From assembly GCA_963720545.1 (NCBI GenBank), contig OY970399.1:1024001-1088000 (forward strand): a stretch of 64,000 nt of DNA, in the 5' to 3' direction. How positions within the stretch are numbered: position 1 is the first letter of the stretch; each line of letters starts with the position of its first letter. A model generated the notes under the pieces. The model searched no databases and was not told the origin of the DNA. It worked only from the letters and a program-made list of their open reading frames with translations. Positions 10,003 to 20,783 of the stretch are shown here, one piece after another. The position numbers were made by a program, and so were the translations under genes. The DNA comes from an uncultured Acidobacteriota bacterium. GTDB taxonomy: Bacteria > Acidobacteriota > Vicinamibacteria > Fen-336.

Positions 10003-10953
10003 CTACTGTCGGACGACGCGGGTGCGGAAAATGCGGTCGTGGAAGGAGCGGCCGGCGGGATCGAACGCCGCCGGCACCACACCGGCGCCGCACAGCGCCA
10101 CACCGGCAGCGCCGAGGGCAGAGCGGCCGAGGGCGCGCACGAAGCCCGGCGCCTTCCCCGACTCGTCCACCACGCGCAGGCCCTGGATCATCTTGCCCGG
10201 CGTCTGGCCGTTGGTGCCCGTGAAGTAGCCTGTGTAGAAGGCGGCGAGCAGGAGCGCGAAGCCCACGAACCACGGGCCGGAAGCGCCCATCTCGATGCCG
10301 ACGGGCGCCATACGGCTCGTGAAGTAGGCGACGACGGCGATCATGCCGGCGACGATGCCAGCATCGACGAGGCCGGCGCTGACTCTCTCGATCCAGCGGG
10401 CGTGGCGCTCGAGCGGACCGGTCGGCACCCCGGAGGCTTCCGAATCCGATTCCGCTTCGACGGCTGGCGCCAGCGAGAACGCAGCGACCGTGTCCATGCC
10501 GGAGAGCGGTTCAGTGCGATCGAATTCGGCCGGGTCGATGGCATCGATGGCGGCGCGAACGTCCGCGGTCGAAACCTGGTCGGCGGCGGCGCGGCCGATT
10601 GCGACAGCTCCCGACGGCCGCATCGGCCAGACACGGGTTGGCACCGGTGTTTCGTCGGGCGGCTCGGCCAAGGCAGTGGCTGCGGCATCGGCAAGCGCGG
10701 GTTCGGGGGCCGCCACGTACAGCGGGAGGTCGGGGGCGGCCAGCGGTTCGTCGCCCTTCCCGTCGGCCCGCGGCTCCTCGACGAGCGACAAGCCGGTGAA
10801 CAAGGGCAGGTCGGCGCCCCCGGCCGCGAGCTTCTTGTTGCGGCGGACCCGCATCCGTTCCCGAATCTCCTGCTGCCAGGCAGTCTCACGATTGGGACGC
10901 AAGAGCAGCGGGTCGATGCGTTCCTGCTGCGGCGCCGCGGCCTTGTTTCGCAT
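10003..10953 (-). CDS. RDD family membrane protein with long N-terminal low-complexity region
   Basis: RVSAGLVD...GQTPGK...GLRVV...RSFHDRI. Confidence 0.85.
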   Translation of the reverse strand: MRNKAAAPQQERIDPLLLRPNRETAWQQEIRERMRVRRNKKLAAGGADLPLFTGLSLVEEPRADGKGDEPLAAPDLPLYVAAPEPALADAAATALAEPPDETPVPTRVWPMRPSGAVAIGRAAADQVSTADVRAAIDAIDPAEFDRTEPLSGMDTVAAFSLAPAVEAESDSEASGVPTGPLERHARWIERVSAGLVDAGIVAGMIAVVAYFTSRMAPVGIEMGASGPWFVGFALLLAAFYTGYFTGTNGQTPGKMIQGLRVVDESGKAPGFVRALGRSALGAAGVALCGAGVVPAAFDPAGRSFHDRIFRTRVVRQ

Positions 10954-11187
10954 CTGTTTCAGCGGCTCCCTGACGGGGTCGAGGTCAGTTTGTGCACCAG
11001 GTCGTCGCGGCGGCTCGCAAAAGTTGCCGCAGCGCTCATCACGACGAGGATGCAGGTGATGAGGAAAAGACGGCGGTAGAAGGGGGAAGACTCCGCGATT
11101 TCGGGCAGGCCCTGAACCTCTTGCAAAACGTGAGAATTATTGCCCGAACCTATGACCAATGCAAGAGAAAAGTGTTAGCGTCCGGCC

Positions 11188-12090
11188 ATGGGACGAATCA
11201 TCGAGTCGGTGCCGAATGTCAGCGAGGGCCGCCGCCCGGAGGTGATCGCGGCCCTGGTGGCAGCCATCCGGAAGGCTCCCGGTGTCCGGGTCCTCGACGT
11301 GCAATCGGACAAGGACCACAACCGCAGCGTGCTGTCCCTCGCCGGCGACGATGCCGGGCTGAAACAGGGCCTCCTCAACCTGTTCGAGGCGGCGGTCGAG
11401 TCGATCGACCTGCGCACCCACAAGGGCGAGCACCCGCGCATGGGGGCTGTAGACGTCGTCCCTTTCATCCCCATCGAGGGGGTGACGATGGCCGAGTGCG
11501 TGAGCCTCGCGAAAGACGTGGCTGCGGCGATCGCGGAGCGCTTCAAGGTGCCGACCTATCTTTATGAAGAGGCGGCGGCTTCGCCGCAGCGGCGCAACCT
11601 CGAGGACATCCGCCGCGGCGAGTTCGAGGGCTTGCAGGCCAGGATGCTGGACGCGGCCTGGGCGCCCGACTTCGGGCCGCGAGCGCCCCATCCGTCGGCC
11701 GGCGCCAGCGTCATCGGCGCGCGCATGCCGCTCATCGCCTTCAACATCAACCTCGCGACCCCCGATGTCTCGGTCGCCAAGGCGATCGCCAAGGGCATCC
11801 GCCACTCGAGCGGCGGCTACCGCCACGTGAAGGCCATGGGCCTGCGCCTCGAGGAGCGCAACATCGCGCAGGTGTCGATGAACATGACCGACTTCCGGAA
11901 GACACCGCTCTACCGCGTGTTCGAGACGGTGCGCGCCGAGGCGGCGCGCTACGGCGTCAACATCGCCGGCAGCGAGATCGTCGGCCTCGTCCCCAACCAG
12001 GCGCTGGTCGATGCCGCCGACTACTTCCTGCGCCTCGAGGGTTTCGACGGCGACCAGATCCTCGAGCAGAAGCTGCGCGACGCCGAGTAG
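11188..12090 (+). CDS. ftcD: Glutamate formimidoyltransferase
   Basis: ESVPNVSEGRR, DHNRSV, HPRMGAVDVVPF, IRRGEFEG. Confidence 0.93.
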   Translation: MGRIIESVPNVSEGRRPEVIAALVAAIRKAPGVRVLDVQSDKDHNRSVLSLAGDDAGLKQGLLNLFEAAVESIDLRTHKGEHPRMGAVDVVPFIPIEGVTMAECVSLAKDVAAAIAERFKVPTYLYEEAAASPQRRNLEDIRRGEFEGLQARMLDAAWAPDFGPRAPHPSAGASVIGARMPLIAFNINLATPDVSVAKAIAKGIRHSSGGYRHVKAMGLRLEERNIAQVSMNMTDFRKTPLYRVFETVRAEAARYGVNIAGSEIVGLVPNQALVDAADYFLRLEGFDGDQILEQKLRDAE

Positions 12091-12095
12091 CTGCG

Positions 12096-13493
<1,398 letters not shown>

Positions 13494-13501
13494 GAGTCTC
13501 C

Positions 13502-15703
13502 TTAGACCGGCAGCTCGACCACGAAGCGCGCGCCGCGCGGCAGGTTGTCCTCGACGCGGATCGTGCCCTGGTGCTCCTGGACGATGCGGCTGACGATGGC
13601 GAGGCCGAGCCCGCTGCCGCGCTTCTTCGTCGAGAAATTCGGCACGAACAGCCGCTCGCGGTCTTCGGCGGCGATGCCCGGTCCGTCGTCGGCCACACCC
13701 ACGCGCACCACCCCGCCGGCGGCGTCCACGTCGCTCGAGATTTCGACCGTGCCGCTGCCCGCCGTTGCCGCAATGGCGTTGTCGAGCAGGTTGATGAGCA
13801 CGCGCTTGATCTGTTCCGGGTCGAGGCGCAGCAGCGGCAGCGACGGCGCCAGGCGCTTGCGCAGCGCCACCTCGCCCATCGCGCCGTCATAGAGCGACAG
13901 CGTCTCGTCGATGACGTCGTTGATCGGCGTCGGCTTGAGGCGGGCCGTCGGCAGGCGTGCGAACTGCGCGAACTCGTCCACCAGGTTCTTGAGCGCCTCG
14001 ACCTCGCTGACGATGGCGCCGGTGGAATCGACGATGATCTTCTCGATGTCGGGCGCGCCCTTCACGTACGCCTTGCGGATGCGCTGCGCGGACAGCTGGA
14101 TCGGCGTCAGCGGGTTCTTGATCTCGTGCGCCAGCTTGCGCGCCACCTCGCCCCAGGCCGCAACTTTCTGCGCGCGCATCAAGGGCGTCAGGTCGTCGAG
14201 CACCACCAGGGCGCCCGGCGGCGTGCCCGGCGCGCGCGTCAGCCGCACCACCGTCATCGCCAGTTGCTTGTCGACGCCGGTCGCCGCTCCGCCGGCCGCC
14301 GGAAACGCGATCTCGCGCTCCTGGCGGCTGACGCGGCCGGAAAGCACGCGGTCCACCATCTCGACGATGCCGCCGCGCGTGCCGAGTACCGCGTCGAGCC
14401 GCCGGCCCGCCATGGAGAGGTGCAGGTCGAGGAAGCGGCCGGCCGCCGCGTTCCAGCTGGCGAGCGTGCCGTTGGCGTCGATCACCAGCACGCCGGTGCC
14501 GACGGTCTCGAACACCGTCTCCATGAGCGCGCGCCGCTCCTCCAGCTCCTCGTTCTTGCGCACCAGGCCCGCGCGCGTGTGGTCCACTTCCTCCTCGCTG
14601 CGCGCGAGGCGCTCGGACATGCGGTTGAAGGAGGCGATGAAGCTCGAGAACTCCTCGTCGGCGGTGACGAAGTCGACGCGCACGCCGCGCTCGCCGCTGG
14701 TGATGCGTTCGGCGCCCTCGGCTACCAGGCGGATCGGGGTGGTGATGCGGCGCGCCAGGTAGTCGGACAGCCACACCGCGCCGAAAATGAGCAGCAGGCC
14801 GGCGAATGCGTAGAAGAGCAGGTAGAGCGCCTTGATCGGCGTCTTGAACGACTCGGCGGTGCGGAACTTCGCGTAGCGTTCTTCCACCTCACGCGCGTCG
14901 TCCGCCACCTGGCCCGGCAGCATGGTGAGGCCGAGGACCACCGCGCGCACCTCGCCGTTGGCGCCGCGGATTGGCGCGGCGGAGCGCAGGGCCTCGCCGT
15001 CGGCCAGCGGGATGGAGGTGTCGGTGGCGGCGCCGGTGAAGGCGGCCGAGATCTGCGGGTCGCCGGGGTCCACCTGCGGCAGCAACTGCGATAGCCGCGG
15101 GTTCATCACCGACAGCAGCTCCCCTTCGGTGGTGAACACCGAAACGCCGTCGAGCCGCAATTCCTCCGCGCGCGACTCGACCAGGGCGCGCAGCCGCTCG
15201 CGCGGCTGTTGCAGCACACGCGCCTCGCCGATCTCGCGCGCCACCACCCGGGTGCCGCGTCGGCCGCGCTCGGCGACCGTCTCGCGCAGGCTGGTGGCGA
15301 GGCTCTGCGACGCCGACAGCAGCCGCTCAACGTCCACGTTGAACCAGCGGTCGATCGTCTGCTGGATGATGTTGCTGCCCACGGCAATCAGCACCACCGA
15401 TGGCCCCACCGCCATCAGCAGGAACACGAACGTGAGCCGCATGCGGAAGCGGGCGCCGAGCTTGCCGCGCCGGCGCTCCATCACGAAGCGCACGACGTTG
15501 CGCCCCAGGATCACGACCAGGATGAGCAGCAGCGTCAGGTTGACGACCGTCAGCCCGTAGAGCATCACCGACGCGAGGAAGTCGGGCGAGAAGTCGCGGC
15601 TCTTGCGCAGCAGGAACTCGCTCCCGGCCAGCAGCGCCAGGACCGAGAGGATGAGCCCGACGATCAGCCGGGCGTTGTTGCGGATGGGCGTGCGGTTTCG
15701 CAG
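13502..15703 (-). CDS. ntrY: NtrY-like sensor histidine kinase (TM-HAMP-PAS-HisKA-HATPase); start probably non-canonical
   Basis: AAWGEVARKLAHEIKNPLTPIQLS, GSGLGL. The frame stays open upstream of 15568 and encodes a further TM helix. Confidence 0.85.
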   Translation of the reverse strand: MRNRTPIRNNARLIVGLILSVLALLAGSEFLLRKSRDFSPDFLASVMLYGLTVVNLTLLLILVVILGRNVVRFVMERRRGKLGARFRMRLTFVFLLMAVGPSVVLIAVGSNIIQQTIDRWFNVDVERLLSASQSLATSLRETVAERGRRGTRVVAREIGEARVLQQPRERLRALVESRAEELRLDGVSVFTTEGELLSVMNPRLSQLLPQVDPGDPQISAAFTGAATDTSIPLADGEALRSAAPIRGANGEVRAVVLGLTMLPGQVADDAREVEERYAKFRTAESFKTPIKALYLLFYAFAGLLLIFGAVWLSDYLARRITTPIRLVAEGAERITSGERGVRVDFVTADEEFSSFIASFNRMSERLARSEEEVDHTRAGLVRKNEELEERRALMETVFETVGTGVLVIDANGTLASWNAAAGRFLDLHLSMAGRRLDAVLGTRGGIVEMVDRVLSGRVSRQEREIAFPAAGGAATGVDKQLAMTVVRLTRAPGTPPGALVVLDDLTPLMRAQKVAAWGEVARKLAHEIKNPLTPIQLSAQRIRKAYVKGAPDIEKIIVDSTGAIVSEVEALKNLVDEFAQFARLPTARLKPTPINDVIDETLSLYDGAMGEVALRKRLAPSLPLLRLDPEQIKRVLINLLDNAIAATAGSGTVEISSDVDAAGGVVRVGVADDGPGIAAEDRERLFVPNFSTKKRGSGLGLAIVSRIVQEHQGTIRVEDNLPRGARFVVELPV

Positions 15704-15721
15704 AACTCCGATTGTAGCCGC

Positions 15722-16192
15722 CTAGCGAAGATCCGCCTTCTGCGTCTCCAGCAGGCCCTTCAGCGTCGCCATGAACTGGTCGACGTCCTTGAAGTCGCGG
15801 TAAACCGAGGCGAAGCGCACGAACGCCACCTTGTCGAGCTTGCGCAGGCTCTCCATCAGGTATTCGCCGATCTGCGTCGAGGGCACCTCGCGGTCGGGGT
15901 TCTCCTGCACCATCTGCTCCACTCGCTCGGCGATCTCCTCGAGGGTCTTCACCGGCACCGGCCGCTTCTCGCACGCCTTCATCAGCCCGGAGAGCACCTT
16001 GTTGCGGTCGAAGCGCTCGCGGCCACCGTCTTTCTTCACGACGAGGTGCGGTATCTGGTCGATGCGCTCGTAGGACGTGAAGCGCTTCCCGCAGCTCAGG
16101 CACTCGCGGCGGCGCCTGATGACGTCGCCCTCGCGGCTCTCCCGGGAGTCGACCACCTTGTCTTCCGCGTGGGCACAGTAGGGACACTTCAC
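15722..16192 (-). CDS. nrdR: Transcriptional repressor NrdR
   Basis: KCPYC...VVDSR...IRRRRECLSC...VRFASVY; GTG start overlaps the upstream stop. Confidence 0.95.
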   Translation of the reverse strand: MKCPYCAHAEDKVVDSRESREGDVIRRRRECLSCGKRFTSYERIDQIPHLVVKKDGGRERFDRNKVLSGLMKACEKRPVPVKTLEEIAERVEQMVQENPDREVPSTQIGEYLMESLRKLDKVAFVRFASVYRDFKDVDQFMATLKGLLETQKADLR

Positions 16193-17217
16193 GCCTTGCC
16201 TCCTTCGGTCGCTGCCGCGACTCGCGACAGCGTCAGGCCTTCGCCGCGGAGGAACCAAAGGCCCATGAGCAGCACCGGAGCGTTCGCGCACAGGTGCGAC
16301 ACCAGCGCCGCCGCGGCGGCGGTTGCCGGCTTGACGCCCGTGAACGCCTCGGTCAGGGCCACCAGGTACGTCCCGTGATATCCGCCGACGTTTCCAGGTG
16401 TCGGGACGGCAACGCCCACGGTAAGAAAGGCGATGATGAGGAAGGCGGAGTGGAAAGGCAAATCGACCCCCATGGCCAGGTTCACCCAGTGGACGCCCAG
16501 GTCGATCGCGATCCACACCAGCACCGACTGCACCAGCAGCATGAAAACCTGGCGCGGCGGCGCCTTCAGCACCGCCAGGCCCTCGAGGAAGGAGCGCGTC
16601 ACCCCGGAGAGCAGTGGCCGCACCCGGGCCGGCAGCCACGCGATGATGCGGTCGAAGAACGCGGCGACCGCGGCGGCGTGACGGTGCGCGACGAACAGCA
16701 TCACGAGCCCTGCCAGCGCTGCCACGGCGGCGCCGAGGCCGCCGAGGCGCACCAGCGTCATCAGCTTCCCCGAGGTCACCGCGGCCGCGGGCAGCGGCAG
16801 CACGAACAAGTAGAGGGCGAAGAGGCACAGCACCGTGATGAGGTCGAACAGCCGTTCGAGGATGATCGAGGCGAAAGCGCCCGAGGCCGGGATCCCGACG
16901 CGCCTGCCGACGATCAGCGGCCGCAGCACCTCCCCGGCCCGCGGGATGAGGAGGCCGGCCATGAAGCCGACGCAGGTGGCGGCGAACAGCGTGTGGAACG
17001 GAACGATCGCGAGCGGGCGCAGCAACGCGCCCCAGCGCCAGGCGCGCAGCAGGTAGATGACGACGGTCATGAGCAGCGCCGCCACGATATAGCCGGGCCG
17101 GGCGGAGGCGAGGGCGGCGCGCAGGGCCGGCCAGTCGGTGGTCCGGAAGAAGAAATAGAGGAGTACGAGGGCCAGCGCAACCGAGGCAATCAAACGGCCC
17201 AAACTCTTTGGTTTCAT
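16189..17217 (-). CDS. Lysylphosphatidylglycerol synthase TM / UPF0104 flippase-like protein
   Basis: RAWRW, PRAGEVLR, ERLFD, PTPGNVG. Confidence 0.85.
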   Translation of the reverse strand: MKPKSLGRLIASVALALVLLYFFFRTTDWPALRAALASARPGYIVAALLMTVVIYLLRAWRWGALLRPLAIVPFHTLFAATCVGFMAGLLIPRAGEVLRPLIVGRRVGIPASGAFASIILERLFDLITVLCLFALYLFVLPLPAAAVTSGKLMTLVRLGGLGAAVAALAGLVMLFVAHRHAAAVAAFFDRIIAWLPARVRPLLSGVTRSFLEGLAVLKAPPRQVFMLLVQSVLVWIAIDLGVHWVNLAMGVDLPFHSAFLIIAFLTVGVAVPTPGNVGGYHGTYLVALTEAFTGVKPATAAAAALVSHLCANAPVLLMGLWFLRGEGLTLSRVAAATEGGKA

Positions 17218-17280
17218 TAACTTGGAAGAACGCGCGAAGCGTACTACACTCCCCGCGAGCCGGTCAATGTCAGCAATTTC

Positions 17281-17306
17281 TGAACCGCGAATGCGCTTCC
17301 CCCGTT
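17281..17306 (+). promoter_or_regulatory. Putative ECF-sigma promoter GAAC-N17-CGTT (autoregulatory)
   Basis: TGAAC at 17281, CGTT at 17303-17306, 7 nt before the sigma ATG. Confidence 0.55.
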
Positions 17307-17313
17307 TCCGGGT

Positions 17314-17886
17314 ATGACCTTGGCCGAAGACACGCACCTCGTTGCCCGCTGTGTGCAAGGGGACGAAGGGGCGTGGCGGGAACTGGTCGAGCGCCACACG
17401 CGCCGGGTTTTCGCCATCGCCTACAAGTTCTGCGGGCGCGTGGACCAGGCCGAGGACCTGACACAGGAGATATTCGTCAAGGTGTACCAGAGCCTGGGCC
17501 GGTACCGAGCGGAAGACGGCAAGTTCGAGGCGTGGCTCGGCAGCGTCAGCCGCAACCACGCGATCGACAACTACCGCCGCACGCGCGAGGAACGCGCCCG
17601 CCGCCACGGCGATCCCGCGGTCATCGACTTCGTGGCCTCCGGTGCAGCCACCCCGCTCGAAGACCTGGAGAAAGACGAGCGCGTCGCGCTGGTGCGCCAG
17701 GGAATCGGCGCGCTGCCCGCGGACCTGCGCGAGCCCATCCTGCTGTGCGACCTGCAGGGCCTCGCTTACGAAGAGGCGGCCGAAACGCTCGGCATTCCTC
17801 TCGGCACCGTGAAGAGCCGGCTCAACCGCGGCCGGCTCGAGCTCGCCAAGCGCCTCAGCGGCAGGGTGCGGGGCATGGCGCAATGA
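17314..17886 (+). CDS. ECF RNA polymerase sigma factor
   Basis: AEDLTQEIF, WLGSVSRN, LGIPLGTVKSRLNRGR. Confidence 0.93.
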   Translation: MTLAEDTHLVARCVQGDEGAWRELVERHTRRVFAIAYKFCGRVDQAEDLTQEIFVKVYQSLGRYRAEDGKFEAWLGSVSRNHAIDNYRRTREERARRHGDPAVIDFVASGAATPLEDLEKDERVALVRQGIGALPADLREPILLCDLQGLAYEEAAETLGIPLGTVKSRLNRGRLELAKRLSGRVRGMAQ

Positions 17887-18560
17887 CGACGATGACCTGC
17901 AGCCGCGCCGAGGAACTCTTCTCGGACGACCTCGAAGGCACGCTGCATCCGCTGCTGCGCTCGGAACTGGCAGAGCACCTCGCGGCGCATCCGCAGTGCG
18001 CCGCGCTGCGCGCCGACTTCGCGCTGGTGGTGGCGGCGCTGCATGCCGAACCCGCGGCGCTTGCGGTGCCGTCCGGGCTCGCGGAACGCGCCGCCTCGGC
18101 GGCGCTGGCCGCGGCGCGCGCGGTGCCGCGACAGCGGGCGACGCTCGCTGGCCTGCCCCGCTGGCTGCAGGCGACCGCCGCCGCTGCCGCCATCCTGATC
18201 GCCGGCGGCAGCACCTGGGTTGCGGTGCGGGGCGAACCCGGACGCATGGTCACCCGCCTTCGCGACCGCGTGGTGAGCGCGGGCCTGCAGCTCGCCGAAC
18301 AGAAAGACCGCGTCGCCGAAGACCTGCGCCTCATGGGCATCGTCGTCAGCACCGCGTTCGAGGCGCGAGTCGACAAGGTCAACGACCGCGTCGACGACTA
18401 TCGCCGCCTGCTGGAAAAGCGGCGCCTAGAGGAAGGCGCCCGCAAAGACCGCGAAACGCCGCCGCGCAAGCGGCCCGATGCCGATACCTCCTCGTTTTCG
18501 AACTCGCGGCCGCTGGCCCGCGTTACCACTTTCGAGCAGCACGCCTACAGGAGCTCATAA
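17883..18560 (+). CDS. Membrane anti-sigma factor with degenerate zf-HC2 N-terminus
   Basis: C...HLAAHPQC motif, one TM helix, ATGA overlap with the sigma gene. Confidence 0.75.
   Translation: MTTMTCSRAEELFSDDLEGTLHPLLRSELAEHLAAHPQCAALRADFALVVAALHAEPAALAVPSGLAERAASAALAAARAVPRQRATLAGLPRWLQATAAAAAILIAGGSTWVAVRGEPGRMVTRLRDRVVSAGLQLAEQKDRVAEDLRLMGIVVSTAFEARVDKVNDRVDDYRRLLEKRRLEEGARKDRETPPRKRPDADTSSFSNSRPLARVTTFEQHAYRSS
18500..18524 (+). promoter_or_regulatory. Second putative ECF promoter GAAC-N17-CGTT, internal to the anti-sigma gene
   Basis: GAAC 18500-18503, CGTT 18521-18524; same spacing as the 17281 site. Confidence 0.5.
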
Positions 18561-18564
18561 ATAA

Positions 18565-19086
18565 ATGGCCGATAACGATCAGTTCCACGACAACCAGACG
18601 GCGCCGTCCATGCCCGCGCCGCCGCCGCCGCTGCCGCAGGCTGCCTACATGCCCGCGGTGCCGGTGAAGGCGGCACGCAGCCCTGTGGTTGCGCTGATCC
18701 TGTCCCTCTTCCCCGGGCTCGGCCAGATGTACAACGGCCAGATCATCAAGGCGCTGGTGTTCTTCTTCACCTGGGCGGGCTGCATCTGGCTCGCCACCGA
18801 CGACTGGCACTTCGGCATCATCATTCCGTTCGTCTACCTCACGAACCTCGTCGACGCCTGGCGCACCGCGAGCTACCTCGCGAACCGGCCGAATCCGGCG
18901 TTCGAGTTCGAGGAGAAGCTGGAGTCGCCCGCCTGGGGCATCGGCCTCATCGCGCTCGGCGCGGTGCTGCTCATGCACAACCTCGGCTGGCTGCAGCTGT
19001 GGTCGCTCGGCCGCTACTGGCCGCTGCTCCTCATCGGCGCCGGCGTGGTGTTCGTCTGGAACGCCATGAAGCGCAACCAGAGCTGA
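18565..19086 (+). CDS. Membrane protein (TM2-like plus LiaF/DUF5668-like C-terminus)
   Basis: PGLGQMYNG, GIGLIALG...YWPLLLIG. Confidence 0.7.
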   Translation: MADNDQFHDNQTAPSMPAPPPPLPQAAYMPAVPVKAARSPVVALILSLFPGLGQMYNGQIIKALVFFFTWAGCIWLATDDWHFGIIIPFVYLTNLVDAWRTASYLANRPNPAFEFEEKLESPAWGIGLIALGAVLLMHNLGWLQLWSLGRYWPLLLIGAGVVFVWNAMKRNQS

Positions 19087-19091
19087 CGCAG

Positions 19092-19289
19092 ATGCGCGGA
19101 TTCCGCGTGGAGCCGGTGGTCTTCGGCTCCTGCCTCATCGCCCTCGGCATCGCCGCCTTCCTCGCGACCTCGGGCCGCCCGGGAGTGCTCGACACGCTGC
19201 GCCGCTTCTGGCCCGTGGCGCTCATCTTCTGGGGCGTCCTCGACCTCGTCAACGTCCGTCTCATCCGCTCGGCTCGAGGTGACGCGTGA
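19092..19289 (+). CDS. Small LiaF/DUF5668-like membrane protein (65 aa)
   Basis: Two hydrophobic helices with FWPVALI; coupled to both neighbours. Confidence 0.65.
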   Translation: MRGFRVEPVVFGSCLIALGIAAFLATSGRPGVLDTLRRFWPVALIFWGVLDLVNVRLIRSARGDA

Positions 19290-20719
19290 GGTTCCGCCGC
19301 TTCGCCCTCCTCTGCTTCATCCTCTTCTCGGGCCTCACGCTCGAGGCGGCCTACCAGGCACGCCGCAACCTGCCGCTCGACTTCGGACCGCTCGGCTGGC
19401 GGGTGTTCGGCGGCGAGTTCAGCGGCCCGTCGTTCGAGTTCAGCGAAGACCTGACCGAGCCGCTCGGCACCGCGACGACGATTTCGGTGGCGAACAGCTT
19501 CGGTGCGGTGCGCATCCAGCGCGGCGCCGGCAAGGATGCAGTGGTGCGCCTGCGCAAGGTCGTCTACAAGCGCAGTGAAACCGAGGCCAGGGCTTTCGCC
19601 GACACCATCCACATCGAGAAGTCGCGCGTGGGCGACGCTCTGCGCCTCGCCACCAACCGCGCCACGCTCGGCGGCGGCGACTCCGGGTGGGCGGTCGGTT
19701 TCGAGACGAACTTCGAGATCGAGGTGCCCGAGGGCGTGAAGGTCAAGATCGAGAACGAGCACGGCGACGTCGACGTCGCGGACATGGCCGCGGCCGACAT
19801 CGCGAATGGCTTCGGCAGCGTGGTGGTGTCGCGCATCGCCGGGCCTGCCGACATCCGCTCCGAGCATGGCGACGTGCGCCTCAGCACGCTGGGCGACACC
19901 CTCAAGCTGGTGTCGCGCTTTGGTGACGTCGAGATCAGCGATGTGCCCAAGGCGGTCACGGTCGAATCCGAGCATGGCGACATGACGCTGGCGCGTCTCG
20001 GCTCGGTCGAGGCGCGCCTCGCGCACGGCAGCGCCGGCGTCGAGACGGTCACAGGCGACATCGCCTTCCACGGCGAGCACGCCGAGCTCGATGCGAAAGA
20101 CGTGACCGGCCGCGTGACCGTGGAAACCGGGTTTCGCGACGTCACCCTGACGCGCATCAAGGGCGAGGCCAGCGTCAAGAACTCGCACGGCGACGTCTCG
20201 GCGAGCCAGGTGGGTGGGGCGCTCTTCGTCGAGAGCGGCTTCGGCGACGTGGACGCGGTGGACGTCGGCGGCGCGGTCGAGATCACGGTGGAACACGGCA
20301 ACGTCACCGCCAACCGCATTCCGAAGGGCGCGAAGATCAAGGCACCCGGCGGCGACATCAAGCTCACCGAGTTCGGCGGGCCGGTGGAACTGAACAGCGA
20401 ACGCGGCAGCCTCACGCTCGAGCCCGCGGCGCCCGTGCTCGCGCCGATCAGCGCCACCACCCAATACGGCGAGGTCGAGCTGCTGGTGCCCGACGGTTCG
20501 CGCTTCGACCTCGACGCGCGCAGCGAAAGCGGCGACGTGCACGTGGACTTGCGCAACTATGTTGGCAACGAGGACGCCGATCGCAGCGGCGATGCCGACA
20601 AAAAGCGGCGGCATGCGACCGGCAAGCTGGCCGGCGGTGGCCGTGTCGTGACACTGCTGGCGAGCCACGGCGACGTGCGCGTCAACTCGAGCGCACGCAC
20701 CACGAGCGAGTCGAACTAA
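19286..20719 (+). CDS. DUF4097 beta-strand repeat protein
   Basis: Many xxGDV repeats; N-terminal membrane anchor. Confidence 0.85.
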   Translation: MRFRRFALLCFILFSGLTLEAAYQARRNLPLDFGPLGWRVFGGEFSGPSFEFSEDLTEPLGTATTISVANSFGAVRIQRGAGKDAVVRLRKVVYKRSETEARAFADTIHIEKSRVGDALRLATNRATLGGGDSGWAVGFETNFEIEVPEGVKVKIENEHGDVDVADMAAADIANGFGSVVVSRIAGPADIRSEHGDVRLSTLGDTLKLVSRFGDVEISDVPKAVTVESEHGDMTLARLGSVEARLAHGSAGVETVTGDIAFHGEHAELDAKDVTGRVTVETGFRDVTLTRIKGEASVKNSHGDVSASQVGGALFVESGFGDVDAVDVGGAVEITVEHGNVTANRIPKGAKIKAPGGDIKLTEFGGPVELNSERGSLTLEPAAPVLAPISATTQYGEVELLVPDGSRFDLDARSESGDVHVDLRNYVGNEDADRSGDADKKRRHATGKLAGGGRVVTLLASHGDVRVNSSARTTSESN

Positions 20720-20783
20720 ACGAGCGACGACGACGCTTGCGGCGCGCTCCGCCGATTGGTTAGACTCGCCGTCCTCGCCAACC

